Below are positions 27,118-36,259 of a DNA stretch of 54,587 nt, piece by piece (the first letter of the stretch is position 1; each line of letters begins with the position of its first letter). This stretch comes from Planctomycetaceae bacterium (GTDB lineage Bacteria; Planctomycetota; Planctomycetia; Pirellulales; Thermoguttaceae), in assembly GCA_031283515.1 (NCBI GenBank), contig JAITBS010000077.1:1-54587 (forward strand), in the 5' to 3' direction. The notes beneath the pieces are model-generated. The model was given only the letters and a program-made list of their open reading frames with translations. It made no database searches and had not been told where the DNA came from. The position numbers were made by a program, and so were the translations under genes.

Positions 27118-28416
27118 ATGCGAATTGTTTATTTTGATTGTCATTCAGGTATTAGCGGTGATATGACTCTAGGCGCACTCATAGACTTAGGTGTTCCGAC
27201 GGTTTTTCTGAACGAGGCAGTTCGTTCCGTTCTTGATAATGTTCAGATCGAGTCGGAAGTGGTTCACCGCAAGGGATTTCGGGCGACACTTGCGCGGGTT
27301 CGCGTGCCTCACGAACATGTTCATCGGCATCTTTCGGACATTCTAACCATGATTGAACGAAGCCGGTTATCTGATGGTAATAAGGAGCATGCGTCTGGTA
27401 TTTTCCGCATGATTGCTGAAGCGGAAGCCAAAGTTCACGGAGTTGAAGTGGACAAAATCCATTTTCACGAGGTTGGAGCGGCGGATTCTATTGCGGACAT
27501 TGTTGGAGCGGTGGCGGGACTGGACTATCTTCAAGTTGGTGACATTTACGCTTCACCGGTTCCGACAGGTTGTGGAACGATTAACATTGCCCATGGAACT
27601 TGTTCTGTTCCGGCTCCGGCGACAGCGGAACTTTTACGTGAAATTCCTATTGCTATTTCGGAAGTTCCTTTTGAGTTGACCACACCAACAGGTGCGGTGT
27701 TGCTTAAATATTTTGCCAAACATTTTGGTGTACTTCCTGCGATGACGATTCAATCGGTTGGTATTGGAGCTGGCGGGCGTGATTTGGAAGAACAAGCAAA
27801 CATTCTTCGAATTTTAGTTGGTCAATTGGAAACGGAACAAGTTCTTGATTCACACGTTGTTCGTTCACATTCCGCACCGGAACATCAATATGAAGATTTA
27901 CTTGAGAATGTTCCTTATTTGGGTCATGAAGCACCGCATCAACATGAAATACCGCATCAACATAAACTTCCTCTCAAGTCGGAAAAGAATATTCCGATGA
28001 CGGAAGCGGTGTGGATTGTGGAGACGAATATAGATGATGCGAGCGGCGAGTTGATTGGGCATTGCATTGAGCAACTCTGGAATATTTCACCGTTAGATAT
28101 TTGGGCGACGCCTGTTCAAATGAAAAAACAACGTCCTGGAGTTACACTTTCGATTTTGTGCCGTCGAGAGCAAATTGAAGCGATAGAGTCTATTCTTTTT
28201 ACGGAAACGACGACTATTGGCATTCGTCGTTTTCCGGTGGAGCGAACTGTATTACATCGGGAACCTTGCCGGATTGAAACACCTTGGGGAACAATTGATG
28301 CCAAAAAAACGGTTCTGCCCAACGGTAATGAGAAAATTACTCCCGAATTTGAGTCTGTCAAACGTCTTGCAGCGGAAAACAACATTTCTGTGCGGGAAAT
28401 TTTTGAAAGAAAATAA
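27118..28416 (+). CDS. larC: Nickel-pincer cofactor biosynthesis protein LarC (DUF111 family)
   Basis: MRIVYFDCHSGISGDMTLGALIDLGVP, FHEVGAADSI. His-rich insert HEAPHQHEIPHQH. Confidence 0.9.
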   Translation: MRIVYFDCHSGISGDMTLGALIDLGVPTVFLNEAVRSVLDNVQIESEVVHRKGFRATLARVRVPHEHVHRHLSDILTMIERSRLSDGNKEHASGIFRMIAEAEAKVHGVEVDKIHFHEVGAADSIADIVGAVAGLDYLQVGDIYASPVPTGCGTINIAHGTCSVPAPATAELLREIPIAISEVPFELTTPTGAVLLKYFAKHFGVLPAMTIQSVGIGAGGRDLEEQANILRILVGQLETEQVLDSHVVRSHSAPEHQYEDLLENVPYLGHEAPHQHEIPHQHKLPLKSEKNIPMTEAVWIVETNIDDASGELIGHCIEQLWNISPLDIWATPVQMKKQRPGVTLSILCRREQIEAIESILFTETTTIGIRRFPVERTVLHREPCRIETPWGTIDAKKTVLPNGNEKITPEFESVKRLAAENNISVREIFERK

Positions 28417-28760
28417 GGAATTGGTAATATTTTGCGGAGTTTTCGTAAATTTGTTTGCGACAGGAACTCAAGAGGTAGGCGACATTTCTCTGAAAAGCCG
28501 CAACAATTGTTCTGTAATTTACGACAGGTTTTGTATTTTCAATTGCCGCCGGAGAGCGGTTTCCAATCCCAATGCACCGAATAGCACAGATATGAAGGAA
28601 CGGCTATTTTCCTACTAGTTTTTGGCGGCAAAGAGTTGGTGATTATGCTGTTGAGGTGTTATTATTTTGAGTGCTGTTTAACAAAGTTGAATACAAAAAA
28701 TCTGCGTAATCTGCGGACTAAAAATCTACAAAATACCTCCACTCTCTGCGATACGGCAAT

Positions 28761-29654
28761 TCAAGGATTTGTGATTTCCGTACCAACACCCATACTAGTA
28801 AAAATTTCGAGCAAAAGAGAATGCCGTAAACGTCCATTGATAATATGAATTTTTTGTACACCGCGTTCCAGAGTTTCGAGACAGGCTTGAATTTTCGGAA
28901 TCATACCGCCAACAATTGCCCCTGAAGCAAGCATTTCCCGTGCTTTTTCTGCGGTGATCGAATCAATCATTGAATTGGGATCATTGGGGTCGGTTCGGAC
29001 GCCATTCACCTCACTAACATAAACAAGTTTTTCAGCGTGCAACTCTTTTGCTATTGCGGTTGCTGCGGTATCGGCGTTTATATTGAGAGTTTGACCGCTG
29101 TTGTCGTCCATCACGGCAATTGACGGAATCACCGGAACAATCCAATGATCACATAAATGCTTAATCGGTTCCGCATCAACACGTGTTACCGTACCAACCA
29201 ATCCCATATCAATTAATGTACCGGTTTCGTCCTTGAGTAACAACTTTTCCCCATAAAGAACATTGGTTCCGAAACAAACACTGAGAGATTGTGCTTGACC
29301 TTCAAACGTTTTGATTTTTGCAACGAGATGTTCATTGATTTCTTTACCGAGAACACGTTTGACGATTTCCAGAGAGTCTTCATCAGTGTAACGCCGTCCT
29401 TGTACAAAACGCGGTTCCAAGCCTGCACGATTCATTGCTTTGCTAATAGCTGCACCGCCGCCGTGAACCAGTACCGGTTTCATACCAACCGATTCCATAA
29501 AAACAATGTCCAGCAATAAATGCATCATTGCGGATTCGTCTTCCATAAGACTGCCGCCGATTTTAATAACACTGATCTTACCCCGATGTTGACGAATCCA
29601 TTTCATGGCTTCAATCAACACATCCGCTTTTTCCATCGCTTTGTCCATCATCAT
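28761..29654 (-). CDS. argB: Acetylglutamate kinase
   Basis: VIKIGGS, VLVHGGG, RFVQGRRYTD, NINADTAA. Confidence 0.95.
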   Translation of the reverse strand: MMMDKAMEKADVLIEAMKWIRQHRGKISVIKIGGSLMEDESAMMHLLLDIVFMESVGMKPVLVHGGGAAISKAMNRAGLEPRFVQGRRYTDEDSLEIVKRVLGKEINEHLVAKIKTFEGQAQSLSVCFGTNVLYGEKLLLKDETGTLIDMGLVGTVTRVDAEPIKHLCDHWIVPVIPSIAVMDDNSGQTLNINADTAATAIAKELHAEKLVYVSEVNGVRTDPNDPNSMIDSITAEKAREMLASGAIVGGMIPKIQACLETLERGVQKIHIINGRLRHSLLLEIFTSMGVGTEITNP

Positions 29655-29960
29655 GGGAGGTGAAAGAGTAAGAGGTGAACTACAAAAAAGAGGACAATAC
29701 CGTAACTCGTACAGTATAACACATCACACTGAATACAACAGATTTTTGTTATTCGGACGACATTATTTTGATTGTTTTATTTGTTGATGCTCAAAATAGG
29801 AAACTGCCCCAAACAGAGTAAAAAAGTGAAAGCGTGAAAAAGCGTTCCACAAAACACCTTTTTACTCTTTCACTTTTCGATTCTCCCATGAAAAACTTTT
29901 TAATTGGTTTCGCCGATTTTATTGGTAACGTAAACGTAATGAACAATCGGCAATGTAAAC

Positions 29961-30236
29961 TTAATCTGCGACATAGGGGAGCAATGCCATAAATCTTGCT
30001 CGTTTGATTGCGGCGGCGACGGCATGTTGGCTGACGGCGGAACATCCGGTTTTACGGCGGCTAATAATTTTTCCTTGTCGGCTCGTCAATTTTTTGAGCA
30101 GTTCTATGTCTTTGTAATCAATGAACATGGGATGCGGACGTTGACCATTGACGATCAATGGATCTTTCTTTTTACCGCGAACTTTTGCTTTTGCTCGTTT
30201 ACGTTGTTTGAATTTTGATTTTTTGAATCTTGCCAT
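29961..30236 (-). CDS. rpsR: 30S ribosomal protein S18
   Basis: Start at the internal ATG (MARFKKSKF...). [23 protein letters not shown]. .AIKRAR..ALLPY. Confidence 0.9.
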   Translation of the reverse strand: MARFKKSKFKQRKRAKAKVRGKKKDPLIVNGQRPHPMFIDYKDIELLKKLTSRQGKIISRRKTGCSAVSQHAVAAAIKRARFMALLPYVAD

Positions 30237-30497
30237 TGTATGAATTTTCCTTGTTTTATCTGTGTTAAGTTTACAAAAATAGAAAACAAAATATTGGGGA
30301 AGTGTTGTTTCCACATAACATTTCCAAAACATTCCCGAATATTTGAAGTAGTTTACCGTTTTTTTTTATTTCTTCAAGGTGAGGTCTTCGCAAAATTTAG
30401 ATTTTTTAGTTTATTCGGATTGTTTAGTTGTGTATTTTGAGTTTATCCGGCGGCGAGTATTGCAAACAGTCCGCCGGTTCCACAAGATCAGACAATT

Positions 30498-30667
30498 GAT
30501 CTTATTTGTTCCTATTTAATGGTAGTCAACCTTCCGCCGAAAGGTTGGTCGGCGAATGATCTTATTTGTTCCTATTTGATAGTAGTCAACCTTTCGGCGA
30601 ATGATCTTATTTGTTCCTATTTGATGGTAGTCAACCTTTCGCCGAAAGGTTGGTCGGCGAAAGCCGA
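30498..30667. repeat. Three tandem copies (60/45/65 bp) of GATCTTATTTGTTCCTATTTGATGGTAGTCAACCTTTCGCCGAAAGGTTGGTCGGCGAA
   Basis: Copies start at 30498, 30558 and 30603. Each contains a CAACCTTTCG..CGAAAGGTTG hairpin, truncated in copy 2. Confidence 0.8.
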
Positions 30668-30687
30668 CTTGTCCCAGTTTACAGCCG

Positions 30688-31380
30688 GTAAAAACCAGTT
30701 GACAATTGGTAAAAACCGGTTGACAATTGACAAAAACCAGTTGGCAATTGGTAAAAACCAGTTGGCAATTGACAAAAACCAGTTGACAATTGACAAAAGC
30801 CAGTTGGCAATTGTTAAAAACCAGTTGACAATTGGTAATAACCAGTTGACAATTGACAAAAACCAGTTGGCAATTGTCTAAAACCAGTTGACAATTGTCT
30901 AAAACCAGTTGACAATTAGTAAAAACCAGTTGACAATTGTCTAAAACCAGTTGGCAATTGTCTAAAACCAGTTGACAATTGTCTAAAACCAGTTGACAAT
31001 TGTCTAAAACCAGTTGACAATTGACAAAAACCAGTTGACAATTAGTAAAAACCAGTTGACAATTGGTAATAACCAGTTGACAATTGACAAAAACCAGTTG
31101 ACAATTGACAAAAACCAGTTGGCAATTGTCTAAAACCAGTTGGCAATTGGTAAAAACCAGTTGGCAATTACCAAAAACCAGTTGGCAATTACCAAAAACC
31201 AGTTGGCAATTGGTAAAAACCGGTTGGCAGAGAACCCAAACCAGTCGGTAGAGAACTAAAACCAGTCAGCAGAGAACCAAAACCAGTCGGTAGAGAACTA
31301 AAACCAGTCAGCAGAGAACTAAAACCAGTCGGCAGAGAACCAAAACCAGTTGGCAGAAGACAAAAATCAGTTGGTAAACA
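30688..31380. repeat. Tandem array of 33 x 21 bp (consensus GTAAAAACCAGTTGACAATTG), strictly in phase with no indels
   Basis: Units were counted by hand. Units 1-25 are the CAATTG type, with linker variants GTA/ACA/TCT/CCA and TTGACA/TTGGCA. Units 26-33 are a diverged ...CAGTCGGYAGAGA type. Confidence 0.95.
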
Positions 31381-31398
31381 GCAAAAAAACAGTCCGCA

Positions 31399-31550
31399 GA
31401 TGACGCAGATATTCGCTGATTGTTTTTCTGCGTTAATCAGCGAAAATCTGCGGACTAAGATGACGCAGATATTCGCTGATTGTTTTTCTGCGTTAATCAG
31501 CGAAAATCGGCGGACTTAGATGACGCGGATTAACGCCGATGATTTTTCCG
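31399..31550. repeat. 60-bp hairpin repeat x2.5 of the TCCGCAGAT family; the last partial copy overlaps the cinA 3' end
   Basis: GATGACGCAGATATTCGCTGATTGTTTTTCTGCGTTAATCAGCGAAAATCTGCGGACTAA at 31399 and 31459. A diverged copy starts at 31519. Confidence 0.85.
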
Positions 31551-32768
31551 CAATAAATTCATGGCTCGTTTGACGTACAGATCATCGATAATATTGGGAT
31601 GTCCGACATAAGGATACTTTTGTAAGGCGAGAACAGATTCTTGTAAATCGGTTTTTTGTGCGTCCACAACAGCGACAAAAGTTTCCTCCATTCGGTTTCG
31701 GTCAGGCTGTCCCGACGGATAGGCACCGATCAAAAGTAAGTAATCAACATTGAAAAGCCGCCGTCCGCGTCGAATCATTTCATCCGGTTCAATGGGTTGT
31801 TTCGGCGGCAGGACAATCCCTCCAGCAAAACAATCCGGTGATTCTTTGGAACCAGCAATCGCTTCCGCCAATAATCCTCGCGTTCCGGCTTCGATAACCG
31901 CAAGCGTTTTACCATACGTGTTCAATTTCCGGCACACAACTTCTTGTAACCGATCATCGCCTTCACCAAAAATCAAATCACCAAGCGTTTTGTAAATTAG
32001 AGTTGCTGTTGGTTCTATTTTTTTGAGACATTCTTCTTCCGTAACTGCTTCGGCAACGATTCGCAGTGTGATTGTTGCTTGATTGGCAGTAATTCCGACT
32101 TTGGGATCATGATTCCGATTGATAATATCCGGCAACATTGTTTCAATCTGACTTTCGCCCAAACCGAAAGAATGAATCGTCCGAAATCGTAATACCCGTT
32201 TTTGTCCGGTTAATCGGTCAAGCATTTCTTGAATAGACATTTGACCGCTATCGAACCACATCTCTTTCATTTCCGCCGGAACACCCGGATAAGCGATGAT
32301 ACGGAAAAAATCAAGCCGTCCATTTTGGGAAGTGTTTTTGCGTTGCACGGTAAAATCAATTCCCGGTGCGGTTCCGTGTGGGTTACGAATGGGCATTGCT
32401 CCATGCGGCTGGAATGCCTGAATTTCATTCGCTTGGGGCATTTTCTGACCGCGCCGTTGGAATATCTCTTGAATAAACCGCATCGACTCCTCATTTTTCT
32501 CCAACGGCACACCAACACTTTCGGCAATCGCTTGCCGTGCCAAATCATCCGCTGTCGGTCCAAGACCGCCTGTCCAAAGAATTAAATCAGCTCGTTCCGC
32601 AGCCGCGCGAAGAACTCCAATCATCGCCGACAAATCATCACCAACTGTTGTATGGTACAACGTTGTAATACCAATTTCCGCCAATTTAATACTCAACCAT
32701 TGTGAATTTGTGTCAAGAATTTTCCCGCTGGTCAGTTCGTCGCCATTCGAAATAATCTCTGCCTGCAT
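31530..32768 (-). CDS. cinA: CinA-family competence/damage-inducible protein (MoCF-type domain plus nicotinamide-nucleotide amidase domain)
   Basis: MQAEIISNGDELTSGKILDTNSQWLS...TGGLGPTADDL. Confidence 0.9.
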   Translation of the reverse strand: MQAEIISNGDELTSGKILDTNSQWLSIKLAEIGITTLYHTTVGDDLSAMIGVLRAAAERADLILWTGGLGPTADDLARQAIAESVGVPLEKNEESMRFIQEIFQRRGQKMPQANEIQAFQPHGAMPIRNPHGTAPGIDFTVQRKNTSQNGRLDFFRIIAYPGVPAEMKEMWFDSGQMSIQEMLDRLTGQKRVLRFRTIHSFGLGESQIETMLPDIINRNHDPKVGITANQATITLRIVAEAVTEEECLKKIEPTATLIYKTLGDLIFGEGDDRLQEVVCRKLNTYGKTLAVIEAGTRGLLAEAIAGSKESPDCFAGGIVLPPKQPIEPDEMIRRGRRLFNVDYLLLIGAYPSGQPDRNRMEETFVAVVDAQKTDLQESVLALQKYPYVGHPNIIDDLYVKRAMNLLRKNHRR

Positions 32769-32817
32769 AATAATAGTGAATAGTTAGTAGTGAATAGTGA
32801 ATAGTGAATAGTTAGGA
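32769..32817. repeat. Single heptamer arm (AGTGAAT/AGTTAGT units) abutting the cinA start codon
   Basis: TAATAGTGAATAGTTAGTAGTGAATAGTGAATAGTGAATAGTTAGG. No core or partner arm is present. Confidence 0.7.
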
Positions 32818-32838
32818 ATCATGCGTCAAGAACCTTAC

Positions 32839-33087
32839 TTATTTTTTGATTTGATTGAGTAGTTCCAATTTCCGTACAGTGGTGATGCCGGCGTTGTGTT
32901 TCTCTTCTTTTAACGCTACAACAATTTTGGACAAACTTTTGCTCGTCCAGAGAAGTGGAGTCATCGGGTCACCGCGACCAATCGATTTCGCTTCCGCTGC
33001 TGCCCAAACTCGTTTAGAACGTTCATCAAAAAATGCCTGAATGCTCTTGTACTTTTCGGAAATTGTTATTATCAGCATATTGTCCAT
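32839..33087 (-). pseudogene. Probable remnant of an ISAzo13-like (Rhodopirellula-type DDE) transposase N-terminus
   Basis: The 82-aa ORF (FFDERSKRVWAAAEAKSIGRGDPMTPLLWTSKS...) resembles, from memory, the N-terminal region of that transposase family with an internal deletion. There is no DDE domain. Confidence 0.4.
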
Positions 33088-33366
33088 AATAAAGATTAAA
33101 GATTATAGAAAACTACAAACCACAACACAATAGCAATTTCAGGGAATGTCACGTAATGTTATTGACGCATGATGCCTAATCTGCGGCTATCGGCGTAATC
33201 CGCGGACGAAGAATCTATTGTCTTTTTTGAGTCGAGGAACTCGACTGCAGAAACCAAATAGTGAGCAGGTAAAGTAGATGACTCCCAAATTCCGACATAT
33301 TCAGATAAAATCATAGTTAGTGATTTTGTTGAGTTGTTGTTTGCCTGAACCCATTTTGCCGAACCC

Positions 33367-34989
33367 ATGATTTCTGTTACTCAATTCCTAGATTTATTAC
33401 GCCGCAGCGGGTTGATCGATTCCGTCAAACTCGATGAAGCGTTGGCATCCATTGAATCGGAAGCAACAGAAGGACAATTAGATGATGTACAATATGTTGT
33501 TTCGGCATTGGTTAAACGTTATCTGTTGACAGTCTGGCAAGTGAAACAACTCCTGAAAAAACGCTATAAAGGTTTTTTTCTCCGTCAATACAAAATATTA
33601 GGACATCTTGGCACCGGCGGAATGAGTTCCGTGTATCTCGCCGAACACACCTTAATGCAACGCCGTGTTGCAATTAAGGTGTTACCGCGAAAACGGCTTG
33701 AGAAGTCGATTTATCTTGAGCGTTTTATTCGTGAAGCCCAAGCAATTGCCTCACTTGACCACCCCAATATTGTTCGAGCTTACGACATCGACCACGAAGG
33801 CGATCTCCATTATATTGTGATGGAACATTTTGCCGGTGAAAATTTGCAGAAAATTATCGAAAAAGAAGGAAAAATTACCTTTGCCCGAATCGCTAATATT
33901 TTACGTCAAACTGCCAATGCATTGGCTTATGCTCATGCGGTAGGAGTTGTTCATCGCGATGTGAAACCAGGCAACATTCTCGTCAATACACAAGGTGAAG
34001 TTAAAATTCTTGATCTTGGTCTTGCCTTGTTGGATGAACATCTTTACGAAGGACGTATCACACATATTCAGGAAGATACTATTTTAGGAACTGCTGATTA
34101 TTTAGCACCGGAACAAGCTCTGGATAGTCATAAAGTTGATGCCAGAGCTGATATTTATTCATTGGGAGGTGTTTTGTATTTTTGTTTAACGGGGCATCCG
34201 CCATTTCCTAACGGTTCTGTATCGAAACGGCTGTTAGACCATCAGCAAAAAGAACCGCCAAGTGTTCTTATTGACCGACCCGATACACCGGAAGATTTGG
34301 TTTTTCTCTGCCAAAAGATGATGTCCAAACACCCCAAAGATCGGCAACAATCAGCAATAGAAGTTGTACAGGATTTCGAAAACTGGCTTGTTAAATACGG
34401 TTACGCCGAACCCAATGAATTTTCACCGCCGAATTTCTCCGCGTTTGCTTCATGGAAAGCGGACAAGAGATTTTTCGGTGCAACATCAACACCAAACATC
34501 CAACGTGGAAAACTTTTACAAATTCTGCATCAAATGGATATGCAAGAAGCACGGAAAAGTAATACCGAATCAACAGGACATGATTCGGATTTTTCGATTC
34601 TTGGCGGGGATGTCAATGTGAATCTTTTGGATTCGGTACACGGATCGAGTATGTTTTCCCAAACGAGTCATTCGGGGGCGAGTCGTTCTTTAGCCGGCGG
34701 GCAAGGAGAATTTGACGATTCGGCTCTTCGCACTCTCAACGAAATTGAAAAAGCACGTTCCCATTTCCGCCGCCAAAACCTTGCTTCGGCAACTTCCCCA
34801 AAAACATCCAAACCGGAAACAATAAAAAAGTTGGAACCGGCAACGAAGCCAAAACAAGGAATTGATATTTGGTATCGTCATGTTCCGGTGTGGTTTTGGA
34901 CATTGTTCCTTTCTGGTTATGCTGCGGCGATTTTTCTTGCTGGAATTTTGGCAACTCTTATCGTTTTCATCGGAACAACTCGAAAATAG
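33367..34989 (+). CDS. Ser/Thr protein kinase with a C-terminal transmembrane anchor
   Basis: GTGGMSSVYLAEH, VAIKVL, HRDVKPGNILV, DLGLA, APE. C-terminal TM segment WFWTLFLSGYAAAIFLAGILATLIVFI. Confidence 0.9.
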   Translation: MISVTQFLDLLRRSGLIDSVKLDEALASIESEATEGQLDDVQYVVSALVKRYLLTVWQVKQLLKKRYKGFFLRQYKILGHLGTGGMSSVYLAEHTLMQRRVAIKVLPRKRLEKSIYLERFIREAQAIASLDHPNIVRAYDIDHEGDLHYIVMEHFAGENLQKIIEKEGKITFARIANILRQTANALAYAHAVGVVHRDVKPGNILVNTQGEVKILDLGLALLDEHLYEGRITHIQEDTILGTADYLAPEQALDSHKVDARADIYSLGGVLYFCLTGHPPFPNGSVSKRLLDHQQKEPPSVLIDRPDTPEDLVFLCQKMMSKHPKDRQQSAIEVVQDFENWLVKYGYAEPNEFSPPNFSAFASWKADKRFFGATSTPNIQRGKLLQILHQMDMQEARKSNTESTGHDSDFSILGGDVNVNLLDSVHGSSMFSQTSHSGASRSLAGGQGEFDDSALRTLNEIEKARSHFRRQNLASATSPKTSKPETIKKLEPATKPKQGIDIWYRHVPVWFWTLFLSGYAAAIFLAGILATLIVFIGTTRK

Positions 34990-35004
34990 AATCTCGCTAA
35001 TATT

Positions 35005-35073
35005 TCCACAGATTGTCTCAGATTAGTCCGCAGGTTACGCTGATTACGCAGATTAGTCCGCAGGTTGTCGCAG
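35005..35073. repeat. TCCGCAGAT-family repeat cluster (tandem GATTAGTCCGCAGGTTRYCGC)
   Basis: TCCACAGATTGTCTCAGATTAGTCCGCAGGTTACGCTGATTACGCAGATTAGTCCGCAGGTTGTCGCAG. Confidence 0.7.
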
Positions 35074-35206
35074 TAGGTTCGCGACATTTCGCCGAAATAT
35101 CGGCGATCTCTTTCCTGACAGTTCAACATCGGTATAATTTAAGAAAGCAAAACCGTTGTTAATCTTGTTAATCCCTTTCAACAATTATTGTATTTTTATT
35201 ATTCTC

Positions 35207-36259
35207 ATGAACATAGAATCTCCTTTTGATCGTCTTAGTCGGGTATCGACGGCATTTCAGGAATCGTGTCTTCTTGCGGCAGCGGCGGAACTGGACGTAT
35301 TCACGATAATTCTGGAACATAATAACCGCCTTACCGCTCAGGAACTTTCCGCAATTTGTAAAACAAACCTACACGGTATAACTGTTTTACTGGATACCTT
35401 AGCCGCAACTGAATATCTTTGCAAAAAAAGTGTCCACCCTAATTCCAATCCTAATTCTCCTCCTAATTCAGAATCTGTTTATTCTGTTGCCGAAGAGTTC
35501 CAAATATTGCTTGATCGCCGGAATCCAGAAACCTTTGTGCCGATGATTCGACACATGGCTTGTGTTCAACGATCATGGACAGAACTCGCCCGAACCATCA
35601 AAAACGGAACACCCTTTGAAATATCACCCAGTATTCTTGGTGAAAACGAAGATCGCGATTCGTTTATCTGGGCAATGAATTCTATTGCCCAAAAACTGGT
35701 CGAACCAACTGTTCTCTCACTGCAAAAAGCCGGTCTATTGAAATTCAATCACTTTATTGATGTCGGCGGTGCATCCGGAACATACACCTTAGCCTTTTTA
35801 GAAGCATTGCCGGAATCACAGGGAACAATCTTTGATCTGCCGGTAGGTATTGCGGCAGCTCGGCAACGGTTCACCGGAACAAAGTATGAAAACCGCGTTC
35901 AATTGGTCGAAGGCAATTTCGATAATGATGAATTGCCAATCGGTTTCGATTTTGCATGGATCAGTGCCATCATTCACCAATTCGGACGAAATGAAAGCCG
36001 GAAATTATACGAAAAAGTATTTCGTTCTCTTTATGCCAAAGGCAAAGTGGCTATTCGGGATTTTATGATGAACCCAGAACGTACAGCTCCAAAGGATGGA
36101 GCGTTTTTTGGTGTGTCTATGCTTGTGGAAACCAAAACCGGTATGGTGTACACTTTTGACGAAGTCAAAGCCGATCTTGAATCTGTAGGGTTTACGGAAG
36201 TACAATTTGCCGTTCCCACCGAAACAATGTCCGCTATCGTAACTGCCCAAAAACCGTAA
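35207..36259 (+). CDS. Class I SAM-dependent O-methyltransferase (family-2-like, with an N-terminal dimerisation/wHTH-like domain)
   Basis: Start at the ATG (MNIESPF...). SAM motif IDVGGASGTYTLAFL and acidic loop IFDLP. Confidence 0.85.
   Translation: MNIESPFDRLSRVSTAFQESCLLAAAAELDVFTIILEHNNRLTAQELSAICKTNLHGITVLLDTLAATEYLCKKSVHPNSNPNSPPNSESVYSVAEEFQILLDRRNPETFVPMIRHMACVQRSWTELARTIKNGTPFEISPSILGENEDRDSFIWAMNSIAQKLVEPTVLSLQKAGLLKFNHFIDVGGASGTYTLAFLEALPESQGTIFDLPVGIAAARQRFTGTKYENRVQLVEGNFDNDELPIGFDFAWISAIIHQFGRNESRKLYEKVFRSLYAKGKVAIRDFMMNPERTAPKDGAFFGVSMLVETKTGMVYTFDEVKADLESVGFTEVQFAVPTETMSAIVTAQKP

Noticed and set aside
30519-30881. 120-aa (+) and 80-aa (-) ORFs with 7-aa repeats (GKNQLTI… / IVNWFL…) across the 21-bp array
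   Set aside because: The frame stays open only because 21 is a multiple of 3. TCT-linker unit variants introduce stops in these frames on both strands after about 10 units. There is also no start context, so it is best read as non-coding satellite-like DNA.
30688-31380. CRISPR array
   Set aside because: The units are contiguous 21-mers with no unique spacers. No cas genes or leader are present in the window.
30440-31530. Chromosomal or plasmid replication origin (iterons)
   Set aside because: I could find no DnaA-box (TTATCCACA) cluster and no adjacent dnaA, dnaN, rep or par genes. Iteron-like function cannot be excluded, but nothing beyond the repetitiveness supports it.
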